From a virus (Duplodnaviria > Caudoviricetes): DNA of 60,071 nucleotides. The stretch spans positions 1 through 60,071 of IMG/VR virus record IMGVR_UViG_3300012202_000001; one strand, 5' to 3'. The notes beneath the pieces are model-generated. The model worked only from the letters and a program-made list of their open reading frames with translations. It did no database searches and was not told where the DNA came from. The position numbers and the translations under genes were made by a program. Each line of letters starts with the position of its first letter. The first letter of the stretch is position 1. Of this stretch, positions 44,464 to 54,343 are shown one piece after another.

Positions 44464-46483
44464 CGGCGCCCCCTTTCTGAGCGGTTTTCGGTGGTTTCTG
44501 CATGCTATTAGGCCGCCCTCCACCTTTTCCTTGACCGGGGCCACCTCCACCTAACCCTAAAGCAGCAGCTAATTGTGCTGCCGCTGCTTTAACTTTTAGC
44601 ATTTCAATTTCCTCGTTCATCCACTTCTCAAACTCTGTGTTACCTTTTGCCTCTCCAAAATTCTCGACGCCAATTTTCGGCATGATTGTGGCCCAACTTA
44701 TTGGTGCTCCCATCTTTTTCAGCAGAATCAATTTCTGCTGTTCGTCGCGCTGCGTGATTTTCAAAAGCGTGGACGGCACCGAGATCAGCCGCAGGTTGGA
44801 CGCAAAACGTTTGGCGCGGTCCATGTGCGAAAAGATGGATGCTTGTTCGGGAGATCTCCACAGCGTTTGATTGTCCGCAGTCGACGGCACCATCTCTTCC
44901 GGCATGTGGGAAGGCACCATCGAAGCCGGATCGAAATCGAAAACTTCCGGTGTGATGTTATCTCCGCCGATGATTTGAATGATGCGCTTAGTGTCGTACC
45001 ACTGGATGATTTGGGTTTTCAGCCGGAAGGCCACTTTAGCGTTAGCCGCTTCCATGCCGGCAGCAATGCCTTTGGCAATTGGTCCAATCTCTTCGAGCGC
45101 CTTATCCATCGTCTCGCCCGACACGTTGAATTTCAAGTTAGCGAGGTTGCCCAGATCCTGAATGCCTAACTGCTGTTCGCGCATCTTCATCAGCAGATCG
45201 AGAAACTTGAAATGCACTTCTTCGACTCGCACTTCATCGGGCAGGATGGATTGCAAAACCTTTTTGGGCTCGCCGTCGACTCCCAGGCGCTGATCCTGCT
45301 TGAAGATGTCGAAATTCTCGATTGTCGGCCCACCCGTTTCTCCGCGGTTATAGCCCATCGGAGGATTCAGGGTGGTACGCAGGACTTGATCCATCTTGCG
45401 CTCAAGTCTCCGCTTGGTCACTTCGATTGAGCCCACATCGCTTACCAGGGAGCGGCCTATGGGCTCCCATGCCCAGTCGTCTACGTCGTACTGCACCGGA
45501 GGCATGGTGCCATCCCAGTCGAAGTTTGGCCCGTCATACATGGGCGCTTCGACGCTGGGAGAGGTAATCAGCAAGCGCAACTGCGGGTAGATGCGGCAGT
45601 CTTCGAGACGCGCCTTGCGATTAAAGGGAGAACCATCCTTGATACCGCCCACAATGTCTTGCCCGACCGAAGGCACTTCATAGAACCATGAAGTACCGGG
45701 ATCACCCATCGGCAGCCGATAGCCGGTAGTGTTGATGCGAATGTCGCGCACGAAGGTATAGCGGATCTCGCAGAACAAATCGCCCCAGTGCCGCGCTTCG
45801 TTTTGTCCATAGCGGAAACGTTGCGCGAGGTCGGCACGCCGGCATTGCACCCGGTTTTTGTAGCTGACATCTGAAATCGGCTGCAGCTTGTCCTGATAAA
45901 GCGGAAAGCGTGCGTGCGCCTCGGCAATCGGCATGTACTCAAAAATGGTATTGGAATACGCATCCTGCACATCGTTCGAGGAAGGGATCTGGACCGGAAT
46001 CACGTCCAGCAGTCCCAGGGGCTCGAAAATCAGGCGGCGCTCGCCGAAGCCGTAATCTAGGGCTTTCACTTTCGGCCAGATGTAGCCCCGTCCCATGACT
46101 GCGGAGAACTGCAAAGCTTTTCTGACCGAGCGCGGGAAAGCCGCTTCGAGATAAACCCCTTTGCACACTTTATTGATCATGGTGGCAAAGGAGCGGTACT
46201 GGGAGGCATCGGTCGAGTAGGAACCAATCTCGCGCACGTCGGAGATGGTCTCAATAAATTTCCGGATGTCGTACTTCAGACCGTTGGTGGTCAGGTTGGA
46301 CCCGACACAATCGTCAATCACGCCATCAAAGATTTTCAGATTGCGCGACAGGTCTTTGTAGGAGCGCTGATCTTCCAGCCAGCCTTCGCCTTCCTGTAGT
46401 TGTTCATCGACCCAGGCGGCGCGGCGGTCGGCTGGTTCTTCGAAGCGCGGAACCTGCCAGTCCATGTGTTCGACATCGCCCAT
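44429..46483 (-). CDS. Portal protein
   Basis: 684 aa between terminase and scaffold; size and position fit a podovirus portal. Confidence 0.75.
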   Translation of the reverse strand: MGDVEHMDWQVPRFEEPADRRAAWVDEQLQEGEGWLEDQRSYKDLSRNLKIFDGVIDDCVGSNLTTNGLKYDIRKFIETISDVREIGSYSTDASQYRSFATMINKVCKGVYLEAAFPRSVRKALQFSAVMGRGYIWPKVKALDYGFGERRLIFEPLGLLDVIPVQIPSSNDVQDAYSNTIFEYMPIAEAHARFPLYQDKLQPISDVSYKNRVQCRRADLAQRFRYGQNEARHWGDLFCEIRYTFVRDIRINTTGYRLPMGDPGTSWFYEVPSVGQDIVGGIKDGSPFNRKARLEDCRIYPQLRLLITSPSVEAPMYDGPNFDWDGTMPPVQYDVDDWAWEPIGRSLVSDVGSIEVTKRRLERKMDQVLRTTLNPPMGYNRGETGGPTIENFDIFKQDQRLGVDGEPKKVLQSILPDEVRVEEVHFKFLDLLMKMREQQLGIQDLGNLANLKFNVSGETMDKALEEIGPIAKGIAAGMEAANAKVAFRLKTQIIQWYDTKRIIQIIGGDNITPEVFDFDPASMVPSHMPEEMVPSTADNQTLWRSPEQASIFSHMDRAKRFASNLRLISVPSTLLKITQRDEQQKLILLKKMGAPISWATIMPKIGVENFGEAKGNTEFEKWMNEEIEMLKVKAAAAQLAAALGLGGGGPGQGKGGGRPNSMQKPPKTAQKGGAGGEPRVVQKTS

Positions 46484-46896
46484 CAGGAAGCCACTCCCTC
46501 TTTCTTCTCACACGCCATCACCGGCTCGATCGTCCAGGGCTTGCGCTTGTCTCTTCGTTGCTGGGCTTTTTCGATGGCTCGCGCCATGAATTGCTTGTTG
46601 GTGGAATCGCTCGAATCTCGTAAGCGTTGTCGCAGTTCATCGATGGACGCTCTTTCGATTGCGTCCTCTACTTCTTTTCGCTTTGCCTCTTCCATCTCAT
46701 GCTGCAAGATTTCCTGCTGGCGAAGTCTTTTGCTCCACATCTCTATATCGCTGGCGTGGTAACACAAAATTCGTTCGAAGCCTTGCGGCGGATTATCAAT
46801 CAGCGCAGAAGGGGGATTCCAGATGAAATCGTGGACCCGGTTGTACCAGAAGGCCACTGGCTTGGACATCTGTACTTGATGTTGACGCTCTTTCAT
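46483..46896 (-). CDS. Hypothetical protein
   Basis: ATGA-coupled start at 46896. Confidence 0.6.
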   Translation of the reverse strand: MKERQHQVQMSKPVAFWYNRVHDFIWNPPSALIDNPPQGFERILCYHASDIEMWSKRLRQQEILQHEMEEAKRKEVEDAIERASIDELRQRLRDSSDSTNKQFMARAIEKAQQRRDKRKPWTIEPVMACEKKEGVAS

Positions 46897-47048
46897 CGCC
46901 AGTGAGCACCCAGTCCGGTAGCGCCTAAAAGCAAGCTGAGAAAGTAGCAAGCCAGCGCGGCCCAGCCCAGAGACCAGCTAGGCGGATTCCAGCGCGCGGC
47001 TACGCATGCCAGCACGAAAGCGAACACCAGCAGAATGATTGAAATCAT
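46893..47048 (-). CDS. 51-aa two-TM membrane protein, not in ORF track
   Basis: MISIILLVFAFVLACVAARWNPPSWSLGWAALACYFLSLLLGATGLGAHWR. Confidence 0.6.
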   Translation of the reverse strand: MISIILLVFAFVLACVAARWNPPSWSLGWAALACYFLSLLLGATGLGAHWR

Positions 47049-47057
47049 ATTTTGCCC

Positions 47058-49979
47058 TCAAAAGTCTTCCATCATTTTCTGCGAGAGGTAGTCAGTCAGC
47101 GCCAGTGTAGCAGGTGTACTTATGATTTCCGGCAGCTTGTTAGTGGGAGGCCGGTATCTCCGGTTGGTGCGATCCGCCATAACATCGAAATGATGGCGAG
47201 TGAAATAGCTTTGGGCCGCAGCTCTAATGCGGTCATCAAACTTTCCCGACTGGTGCTCCATCTTGCTTTTGCCGCGATTGGCGGCCAGCTTTCTTTCGAG
47301 CGAACCTAATTCAGCGATGAGGTAGCGCGAGTTCGCCTTGTACCAGCCGTTGACGATGGCGTCGATGAAACGGTTCATCAGCATGGGCACCGACCATGCA
47401 GTCGAATACCAGCCTTCCTTGTTACCTTTGTTTTCGCCAATCTTCTTATTGTCGTAGCGGGTATCGATGTGATGGTGGGTAAAGCCCATCAATTTAAGTT
47501 GTAGTTGGCAGTCGTCACCTGGACGTTCGCGTTGTTCAATGGCAAATTTGCAGCCACGAGGATCAATTGTGTTCTTTCCGTACCAAGCGGCAAGGCAAGC
47601 AGCGAATCCAACCATCTGAGGAGCGTTAAGTCGGTTAGAACAGAGTTCGGCGCATTGTTCATCTACTTCTTCCTTTTTCATGCTGCGAGCCAGAGACATT
47701 ACGCTGCGTTCTTCGTCTTCATGCCCCAGCCCGTCTGCGGTGTCAATGCCAATGGAATAATCTTCGGGCTCGCCTTCATGGTCGGGGCGCCGGTTAGGTT
47801 CTTCGAAGATCAGCAACTTATCCAGAGCTTTTCTTTCATTGGACTCATCGAAAGGCTTCAGCGGGACCAGCATCCAATCGTAGCGTTGCGAGCGATTGGA
47901 AGTCCATTCGACCCGGATGCGCGGGGTATCGTAGTCGATTTCGTCGACATGGGGCTCGAAGCCGTCGTCGATCGAATTACCCACCACCGCGTAGCCTTGA
48001 AATTCTTTCTTGCGGCCAGTGTTCACGGTCTCTACCACGATGGGATCAAACACCAGATCGTTTTTCCCCTGCAGGGCTTCGTAGTCGTCTGCCGGCATCT
48101 GGGAAAACCAGATTTTCTGGGAGTGGGTACGGGCATACTCGCGATACTTAAATTCCCAGAACCACTGCTGGGGACGCGACATCTTCCAGTCTTTACCCAC
48201 TACTCGCTCAAGGTAATCCGTGCTGTGAATGTAGAGTTCAGCGCGGCGAACGTGTTTCCGTGTAATTTCCAGCGCTTGCCAGTCAGCAGGCACCGGATTG
48301 GTGCGCAGCCAGTCGGGCTCGGGATAGAGATCAGGCGCCATCGGCCACGGTATAAAAACAGGTCGTAGACGGGAGAGCCCTTTGGGCCAGTCTTCTTTTG
48401 CGGCACGCCACTTATCGGCTTGCCATCCCACACTTCCATTGCCGGTTCCTTCCAGAATGAGAAAAAGTTTAGCCGAAGAGTGCGCAGCCGGCAGCAAGCC
48501 TTCCTCAATCGTCTTTTTAGGGTTGGGGATGTCGCCAATTTCCGAAAGATGGATCAGGGTCGGAGTCCAGCCTTGCGCGATGCCCGTAGCCTGGGTACCG
48601 GACTGAATCGACATCATGGATCCATTGCCGAAGGCGATCAGCTTCTTGGTGTCTTTGGAGCGTTGCGGGACCAGCCACCAGGGAAGGCGCTGGATGCAGG
48701 TTTCGATGATGTTCTGAATCAGTTCCGACTTATCGAGAATGACCGAACCCATGACCGCCTGGGTATGAGGAACGAACAGGACCCGATGCACGAATTTGAG
48801 TGCAACCTTAGTTGTAACTCCTAACTGCCGCGCTTTGAGAATTAAAAATTCGATCGAGCGGGTAAGGTCATCATGTTCGGCGACCAGATTGTCGAAGACT
48901 TTCTGCGCGACCCGGTTCTGGAATTTAAACACTTCGCCGCGGTGATCGACTACCCAGGCGTAGCGCGACTCGAAATACGAGGAATCGAGAGCGCAATTTT
49001 TGCTTGCATAGCCCCAAGCAACATAGTTGCCAGTCGTTGTTTTCATGGAGATTACTTCGGACTCTCCATCTGGAACGATGTCTACTATTTTGTCGCACGC
49101 GGCACGCATCGTACCCATGACGCGCTTTTCTAGTCGCTGCCGTTTGATTGGCTTACACCACACCAGAAAGCGCGCGTATTCTGACCTTCCGCCGATTATG
49201 TAAAAGCAGCTCGCTTTCCGCGCTCTGCCTGTTTTTCCAGTATTGTCCGCCTGATATGCTGAATACTCAAAACCTAATTTACGAAATGCCGCTTCGATGC
49301 CTGCATGTACCTCGGGATTCGCTTCGAGAGACTGAGTGAAATAGGTTCCGCTTCCCTCTCCATCGTAAATTCCCCCCATCCAGGCGGCTGTTCGTAAATC
49401 AGGAGGATCGTTCGCGTAGACATCAACTACACGCCGCAGAGTGCGTCCAATTTTCGGCGTAATCCATCTGATTTCACTTCGATAAGTTGCCCCGTTGGAC
49501 CAAAGATGGTCCTTGGTGCAACGAATGGTTCTGCCAGATTCGAGTGTTATTCTTACGACCGGAGCACGGCGTCGATGGATTTCAAGAACCTCCGCCGTTT
49601 TTAAGCGTTCAAAATTAGCAGTTCCCTTTTTTGCTTTTGTGAACTGACGTTCTTCTCTTTCCCATCCGATAATTTTGTCTCCCGCCTTCATCTCGCCCAA
49701 CGGTTTGAATGTAAAATCCGCCATCCAAATCGGCGCTTCGGGGGTGTTGCACATCACCTGCTCGTTCTCCACCCAGCGGCGCACATTTCTAGCGCGGCTC
49801 TGGGTGAGGTTGGCTTTCAGGGTGAAGTAGGAACTGCGTTGATTGGATTCGACGGCGGTGATGGACTTGATGTAGGCGATGAACTCGTTGACTTGAGAGA
49901 TGGAATGCGCGACCGGCATCCAGCCTTCGCGCGAGGCAAACGCATCGAGATTGCGCAGGATCACACTTTCTGAATACAT
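47058..49979 (-). CDS. terL: Terminase large subunit (intein-containing)
   Basis: Walker A ILKARQLGVTT, Walker B IHLSE, LEGTGNG coupling motif, nuclease IGIDTADG..DDRI. Confidence 0.9.
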   Translation of the reverse strand: MYSESVILRNLDAFASREGWMPVAHSISQVNEFIAYIKSITAVESNQRSSYFTLKANLTQSRARNVRRWVENEQVMCNTPEAPIWMADFTFKPLGEMKAGDKIIGWEREERQFTKAKKGTANFERLKTAEVLEIHRRRAPVVRITLESGRTIRCTKDHLWSNGATYRSEIRWITPKIGRTLRRVVDVYANDPPDLRTAAWMGGIYDGEGSGTYFTQSLEANPEVHAGIEAAFRKLGFEYSAYQADNTGKTGRARKASCFYIIGGRSEYARFLVWCKPIKRQRLEKRVMGTMRAACDKIVDIVPDGESEVISMKTTTGNYVAWGYASKNCALDSSYFESRYAWVVDHRGEVFKFQNRVAQKVFDNLVAEHDDLTRSIEFLILKARQLGVTTKVALKFVHRVLFVPHTQAVMGSVILDKSELIQNIIETCIQRLPWWLVPQRSKDTKKLIAFGNGSMMSIQSGTQATGIAQGWTPTLIHLSEIGDIPNPKKTIEEGLLPAAHSSAKLFLILEGTGNGSVGWQADKWRAAKEDWPKGLSRLRPVFIPWPMAPDLYPEPDWLRTNPVPADWQALEITRKHVRRAELYIHSTDYLERVVGKDWKMSRPQQWFWEFKYREYARTHSQKIWFSQMPADDYEALQGKNDLVFDPIVVETVNTGRKKEFQGYAVVGNSIDDGFEPHVDEIDYDTPRIRVEWTSNRSQRYDWMLVPLKPFDESNERKALDKLLIFEEPNRRPDHEGEPEDYSIGIDTADGLGHEDEERSVMSLARSMKKEEVDEQCAELCSNRLNAPQMVGFAACLAAWYGKNTIDPRGCKFAIEQRERPGDDCQLQLKLMGFTHHHIDTRYDNKKIGENKGNKEGWYSTAWSVPMLMNRFIDAIVNGWYKANSRYLIAELGSLERKLAANRGKSKMEHQSGKFDDRIRAAAQSYFTRHHFDVMADRTNRRYRPPTNKLPEIISTPATLALTDYLSQKMMEDF
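48996..49751 (-). mobile_element. Intein (252 aa) with a LAGLIDADG motif in terL
   Basis: Starts CNTPEAPIWMAD..KPLGEMKAGD; block B CTKDH; WMGGIYDGEGS; ends TTTGNYVAWGYASKN followed by +1 Cys. Confidence 0.9.
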
Positions 49980-50786
49980 TCAGCGTTTGGCGTCCAGCAG
50001 TTTTTGCCGGATAGGCTGGATTTTTTCCTGCATCACTTCGCAATCCGGAAAGACAAAGTTTTCGTCCTCCACCATTTCTTCGGCTTGCTGCATGGTTTTG
50101 GCCGGGGCGTCGGTATCAGGTAGATCAGCCTCCGCACTCTCACTTCCGGCATAGAACTTGTCGATAAACGTCGTTTTCGCGCGGGGCAAGGCGCCCAGAA
50201 TAGTATCGATAGCGTCGCGGTCGCGGTAGCCACCGGGGGTTTTGGCATATTCGATTCGCTTCTCCAGAATTTCGGGATGAGCTTCGAGGGCTTTCAGCTT
50301 GTACTTATTGACGCTGTACTCACGCGCCGCCAGCAGGATTTCGCCCAGCAGGGCTCGGGGATCGACGCCGGCAGCCAGGGCGACTACCTCTATGGTCAGG
50401 CATTCCCGGTCTCTTTCCGGGATCTGATCCCATTTCTCAAGGAATTGCTGGCTTATCTCCCCGTCCGACATGCGCATTGCCTCGATGGCGCCGGAGATAC
50501 CGCTTTTTGACTGTTCTTTCAGGAGTTTGTTTATGGGAGGAAGTAGTCCAATTTTGGACTTGTCTACTCCAAGACGCCGCACAGCCTCAACAGAGCGATC
50601 AAGCAGAGGATAGTCAGGAACAACGTCAAGGTTAGGATTTTTTGGCGTCGCGTTTTTCGATAAAGGCTTTTTCTCTGGGTCCGAGGTCTGTCCATTGTTC
50701 AAGGGTCGATTCTGAGCCCTGGATGGTTTCTTCGAGGTCGGCTTGCTGGGGAGTTCGGACGACGGTAAGGGTAGCTTCTCGGACAC
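49980..50786 (-). CDS. Putative terminase small subunit
   Basis: Directly upstream of terL; helical; start uncertain. Confidence 0.45.
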   Translation of the reverse strand: MSEKLPLPSSELPSKPTSKKPSRAQNRPLNNGQTSDPEKKPLSKNATPKNPNLDVVPDYPLLDRSVEAVRRLGVDKSKIGLLPPINKLLKEQSKSGISGAIEAMRMSDGEISQQFLEKWDQIPERDRECLTIEVVALAAGVDPRALLGEILLAAREYSVNKYKLKALEAHPEILEKRIEYAKTPGGYRDRDAIDTILGALPRAKTTFIDKFYAGSESAEADLPDTDAPAKTMQQAEEMVEDENFVFPDCEVMQEKIQPIRQKLLDAKR

Positions 50787-50916
50787 TGCGCTTCTCCGGG
50801 TAAAGAGCAGCGTAGAACGCCTGTGCCACGTTTGCAAGGCGATTCAGGGCATCGGCAATCTTCTCCAATGCCCTTTCGTCGCGTTCCAGTCCTTCGAGGG
50901 CGCGGTCCATGTCCAC
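50632..50916 (-). CDS. Hypothetical protein
   Basis: Operon ORF. Confidence 0.55.
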   Translation of the reverse strand: MDMDRALEGLERDERALEKIADALNRLANVAQAFYAALYPEKRSVREATLTVVRTPQQADLEETIQGSESTLEQWTDLGPREKAFIEKRDAKKS

Positions 50917-51330
50917 TTATTTCTCTTTGGTATCGCGCCGGTACTTGACGCTGCTGATGGTATCGCGACCCTGCTTGTCGGTCACGCGCGTAGGAACGGC
51001 TTGGCCTGTTTCGATGCGTGCGGCGGTAGGATCGGTGACATTCATCTCGATCTCGCCTTCAGCCGCATTAAGCGCGGCATACTCTTCGGGATCGGTTGAG
51101 ACCACAAGTTCTCCCTCTTTGCGCAGCGCGCGTTCGCCTTGGCCTTCCTGTTCCACTTCCCGGCCCAGGTCTTTGCCCTTGAAGTGAAAACTGATCTTGA
51201 ACCATGCTCCATCGGGATAGGCGAGGTTATCGTTCAGGTGGCAGCCGCGCATGAGTACATCGAGTTTGTCGTGGGCGGCTTTCTTGATTTCCGCGGCGCT
51301 CAAGGCCAGCGGAAGTATTTGCTCTGGCAT
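50917..51330 (-). CDS. Hypothetical protein
   Basis: AGGAG RBS. Confidence 0.65.
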   Translation of the reverse strand: MPEQILPLALSAAEIKKAAHDKLDVLMRGCHLNDNLAYPDGAWFKISFHFKGKDLGREVEQEGQGERALRKEGELVVSTDPEEYAALNAAEGEIEMNVTDPTAARIETGQAVPTRVTDKQGRDTISSVKYRRDTKEK

Positions 51331-51339
51331 CGGTTTCTC

Positions 51340-51603
51340 CTAACGAACGATATGGGTTTTCTCTTTTTCTTGTTCTCGTTCCGGGGGCTCGCATAGCTCC
51401 CAGTCTTCGGAGAGCACGTCGGTTTGCGAGGCCAGCCAGGGCACGAGTTGGTTATCCACCGTTTTCATGTACAGATAAGGGAGCGTCATTTTACTGTTCT
51501 CGTTCGGAATCTGCAGTTTGAGCCACATCCCTTTTCCGTTCCATCCGGATCGGGCTATGACCGCTCCACTCTTCGCCGCTCGGATTGCTTCGCCGAAATC
51601 CAT
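51340..51603 (-). CDS. tad2: DUF2829 / Tad2-family anti-defence sponge protein
   Basis: MDFGEAI.A.K.G..IARSGWNGKGMWL..LPYLYMKT....VPWLASQTDVLSEDW signature. Confidence 0.75.
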   Translation of the reverse strand: MDFGEAIRAAKSGAVIARSGWNGKGMWLKLQIPNENSKMTLPYLYMKTVDNQLVPWLASQTDVLSEDWELCEPPEREQEKEKTHIVR

Positions 51604-51811
51604 TTTTGTTTTTCCTTTCTGCTTCGTGTCTCGCTTTGAGGGCGAGGAACATTCTGTGGGTCGGAGGATAGATGGATCCGTACTTCATGGTTTCCACGTC
51701 CGAAACAAAATCGCGCGAGCAGCCCAGCAGTCGTCCCAGTTCGGTCTGGGTGAAATGAAAGCGTTTCCGAAACTTCTTAAACTGCCGCGCCAGGATGATC
51801 ATGTCACGCAT
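51491..51811 (-). CDS. XRE-family HTH regulator
   Basis: FRKRFHFTQTELGRLLGCSRDFVSDVE. Confidence 0.7.
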   Translation of the reverse strand: MRDMIILARQFKKFRKRFHFTQTELGRLLGCSRDFVSDVETMKYGSIYPPTHRMFLALKARHEAERKNKNGFRRSNPSGEEWSGHSPIRMERKRDVAQTADSEREQ

Positions 51812-51936
51812 GGTTTTTTGTGGAGACAGTGGCAGGTGATGCCATCTCAAAGGTTGCCCTTTTTAGGAGTTCCATTCTCTTGTCTCCTCTCCCGATAAAG
51901 AAACTCTCACCTGCCACCGGATCACCGCACAGCGTA

Positions 51937-52158
51937 CTACACTTGCGAAACGTCTTTTTGCGCTTCTTTAGTCCCAACCGTAAGCCAGCCAACCAGAGCG
52001 ACCGTCACCGCCGAACAACTAAGATTATTTTCCTTGGCCCACTTCATTAACTTCTCGGTAGTCGCGCTCGCCGTCTCGCGCAATTCTGGCTCGATCGCCA
52101 AGGCGCCGCGCACTAATTCATTCACCGTGGTATGGAGCAGGTACTCGATAGTCTGCAT
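51937..52158 (-). CDS. Hypothetical protein
   Basis: Operon ORF. Confidence 0.5.
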   Translation of the reverse strand: MQTIEYLLHTTVNELVRGALAIEPELRETASATTEKLMKWAKENNLSCSAVTVALVGWLTVGTKEAQKDVSQV

Positions 52159-52256
52159 CAGTCACTTCCGAAAGCGATACTCATGGATCCACCGCGCCAC
52201 CACCCGCGGCAGCCAGAGGGAATGAATTTTATGCTTCCACGAAAAGTAGAATGTGC

Positions 52257-53015
52257 TCATATCCTTCCCCAAAGTACAGAAGCGAACTTCTCCACGTCCG
52301 TGCCTTCTTTAACGTCGTTCCAGGTAACGAATTGGATGTACTCTCCTGCGCTCGCCGTATCGGCATCGTTCCAGAATGTAGCTCCTGCGAGGGCTGGCGT
52401 GATACGGGCAGGTTTGGTTTGATCCCAAGCTGATTTGTTGCGGTCTGCTCCGGTGCCGTCGTTGAACTCGATGTGCACGCAAGGAAGCTTGGTCTTGTTG
52501 GCTACGGGCGGGATCTTCGGCCAATCATAATCCGGTCCCTGAATCCAGTATTGAATTCCGGGTACGCCGGCTTCGACCGCAGTCTTGTCACAGCCAGTGG
52601 CAAAGTCGAGCACTGGCTTGCCCCTGAGGTAGCAATCCATGTGCAGCAGGAACTGGATATCAGGGCTATTCAAGGCCGTGATCATTCGAGCATTGCGCTC
52701 CGGCACTGGCGGGAATGATCCATCGGGATTCTTAACCGTCCAAGGGTCCATACACAGAGCAAAAGGCGCTCCAGTCGCATTGCATTGGTTCCCCATTTCT
52801 AGAACGGCTTGCCGAATGAAATCGCTGGCAGAGCCATACGATAAGGCGATCACTCCGAAACCTTCACCGCCCAGATTCTTCATGGCTTTAAGTTGGTGGG
52901 TGATTACGTTTGGGTTTCTGCTGTCGTAACCTGTGATTGAGGCGCCATCTTTGCCATGCCACCCCAGCCAGTGGAACATTATAGGTCTGCCGAGTGTTTC
53001 AGTTAAATCCGTCAT
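52257..53015 (-). CDS. GH99/GH71-like glycoside hydrolase
   Basis: FHWLGWHG, GYDS.NP.VI.HQL..M, QFVTWND.KEGT.VE. Confidence 0.6.
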   Translation of the reverse strand: MTDLTETLGRPIMFHWLGWHGKDGASITGYDSRNPNVITHQLKAMKNLGGEGFGVIALSYGSASDFIRQAVLEMGNQCNATGAPFALCMDPWTVKNPDGSFPPVPERNARMITALNSPDIQFLLHMDCYLRGKPVLDFATGCDKTAVEAGVPGIQYWIQGPDYDWPKIPPVANKTKLPCVHIEFNDGTGADRNKSAWDQTKPARITPALAGATFWNDADTASAGEYIQFVTWNDVKEGTDVEKFASVLWGRI

Positions 53016-53043
53016 TTTTCTCCACTCGTGATCTGCTCGATGG

Positions 53044-53292
53044 TCATCGATTCCATTCTTTTGCTTGGAATTGTGGCGACCATGATTTCATTTTCTCCGC
53101 AAACTCAGGTTGAAAATGCTCTGCGATAGGAGTCTGCTTCGGGTCGGTGTAGATAATCTGCGATCCGCAGTCTTGACATTCCCAGAGATCACCCATCCAG
53201 AGTTTGTAGGGCCGATCCTGAGCCATCTCAACAAACGATGTGCCGTTCTTCTTGAGCCGCATCGCCCGGTTACACTTTGCGCATACAATCAT
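53044..53292 (-). CDS. Zn-ribbon protein
   Basis: CAKC..DLWECQDCG. Confidence 0.65.
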   Translation of the reverse strand: MIVCAKCNRAMRLKKNGTSFVEMAQDRPYKLWMGDLWECQDCGSQIIYTDPKQTPIAEHFQPEFAEKMKSWSPQFQAKEWNR

Positions 53293-53918
53293 TTTGGTTC
53301 CTCTTTCTCGGTGGGGTGCGAGGTCTGCGCCGGGGGCTGAGCGGCTGTCGCAAATAAGCGTCCGAGATGATACGTTGCCTGCTCTGCTTCGGCAGTTTCT
53401 TCCACCGGATGAGTCGGCCAGAACATCATGGCAACAAGATTTCCCTTCGAGTCCATGATATTTGCGGCTTGATTGTCAGTTTCCGGTTCCACTAGGCGAA
53501 ATGGAGGGACCCAGTATTTCAATTCCGGCGTGGGTGCTACCGGAGACTCCGCCTCTGCCCGTGCTTTCTGAACGTCCTCCCATTTCTGCGGACAGTTCGA
53601 CCAGTCTGCCGCGACCTTCTCCAGGGGTTTCAAGGCAGTGAGTATTTCGCTAATTGCTGCTGCGAATTCAGAATGCCAGCGGTCATCGTCCCACTCGTAT
53701 GAGCCTCGGCCTTCCGTAAGCCATTCTCGGCCATCAATAGCCTTCTTAATTGCTGTTACGCCTTCCGCAACAAGTGTGCGCTCGCGTTCAAGAATCGCGG
53801 GATAGTCCGGGCAGCGGCCCCCCTCCTTCCCTTCCTCCCCATCCCCCACCTTGACATGCTCCAAATTTCCCCCACTCTCCATATATCCCCACTCCCGCCC
53901 CTTCCCTTCGTCACTCAT
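53289..53918 (-). CDS. Hypothetical phage protein
   Basis: ATGA coupled. Confidence 0.6.
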   Translation of the reverse strand: MSDEGKGREWGYMESGGNLEHVKVGDGEEGKEGGRCPDYPAILERERTLVAEGVTAIKKAIDGREWLTEGRGSYEWDDDRWHSEFAAAISEILTALKPLEKVAADWSNCPQKWEDVQKARAEAESPVAPTPELKYWVPPFRLVEPETDNQAANIMDSKGNLVAMMFWPTHPVEETAEAEQATYHLGRLFATAAQPPAQTSHPTEKEEPK

Positions 53919-54343
53919 CCCCCACCCCTCGCCGCTTTCCTCTCCCTCATCGCCCTCAACGCCTCCGAAGGCTTCATCGCTATATATTTCTCCATCCGAC
54001 TTACTCCCTCCGACCCCTCTCCACCGTCTTTGCCTTGCTTTCCTCTATCCTTTTTGCCGCCTCCGTCCACTGGATCCCGCTTGCCGGATGATTCCTTACC
54101 CGGTGTATGTCCCACGCTCTTAATATCCCGTCTTTCTCCAGACTTTCCAACTCTTCTGGGCACCCCTCTACCGGACACTTCATCCGGTACATCCCTGCTC
54201 TCCCGTTTGCCCTCTCTGCCATTTTCTACCTTCCTCAATATCCACTCATTCAAACTCAATTGCTCATCCGCCGCTAAATCCTTACAACGTATGTACTGCC
54301 CTTCATCCCGAAATCGTAACTGTACCTGAGGCCGGAATTTCAT
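53915..54343 (-). CDS. RHH/HicB-like N-terminal domain with a low-complexity charged tail
   Basis: QVQLRF....Y...K.LA..EQLSLNEWIL. Confidence 0.55.
   Translation of the reverse strand: MKFRPQVQLRFRDEGQYIRCKDLAADEQLSLNEWILRKVENGREGKRESRDVPDEVSGRGVPRRVGKSGERRDIKSVGHTPGKESSGKRDPVDGGGKKDRGKQGKDGGEGSEGVSRMEKYIAMKPSEALRAMRERKAARGGG

Noticed and set aside
17468-48824. Many long plus-strand ORFs (e.g. 17947-18834, 26445-27350, 40999-41856, 47505-48368)
   Set aside because: Antisense shadows of GC-rich structural genes, with no motifs or RBS
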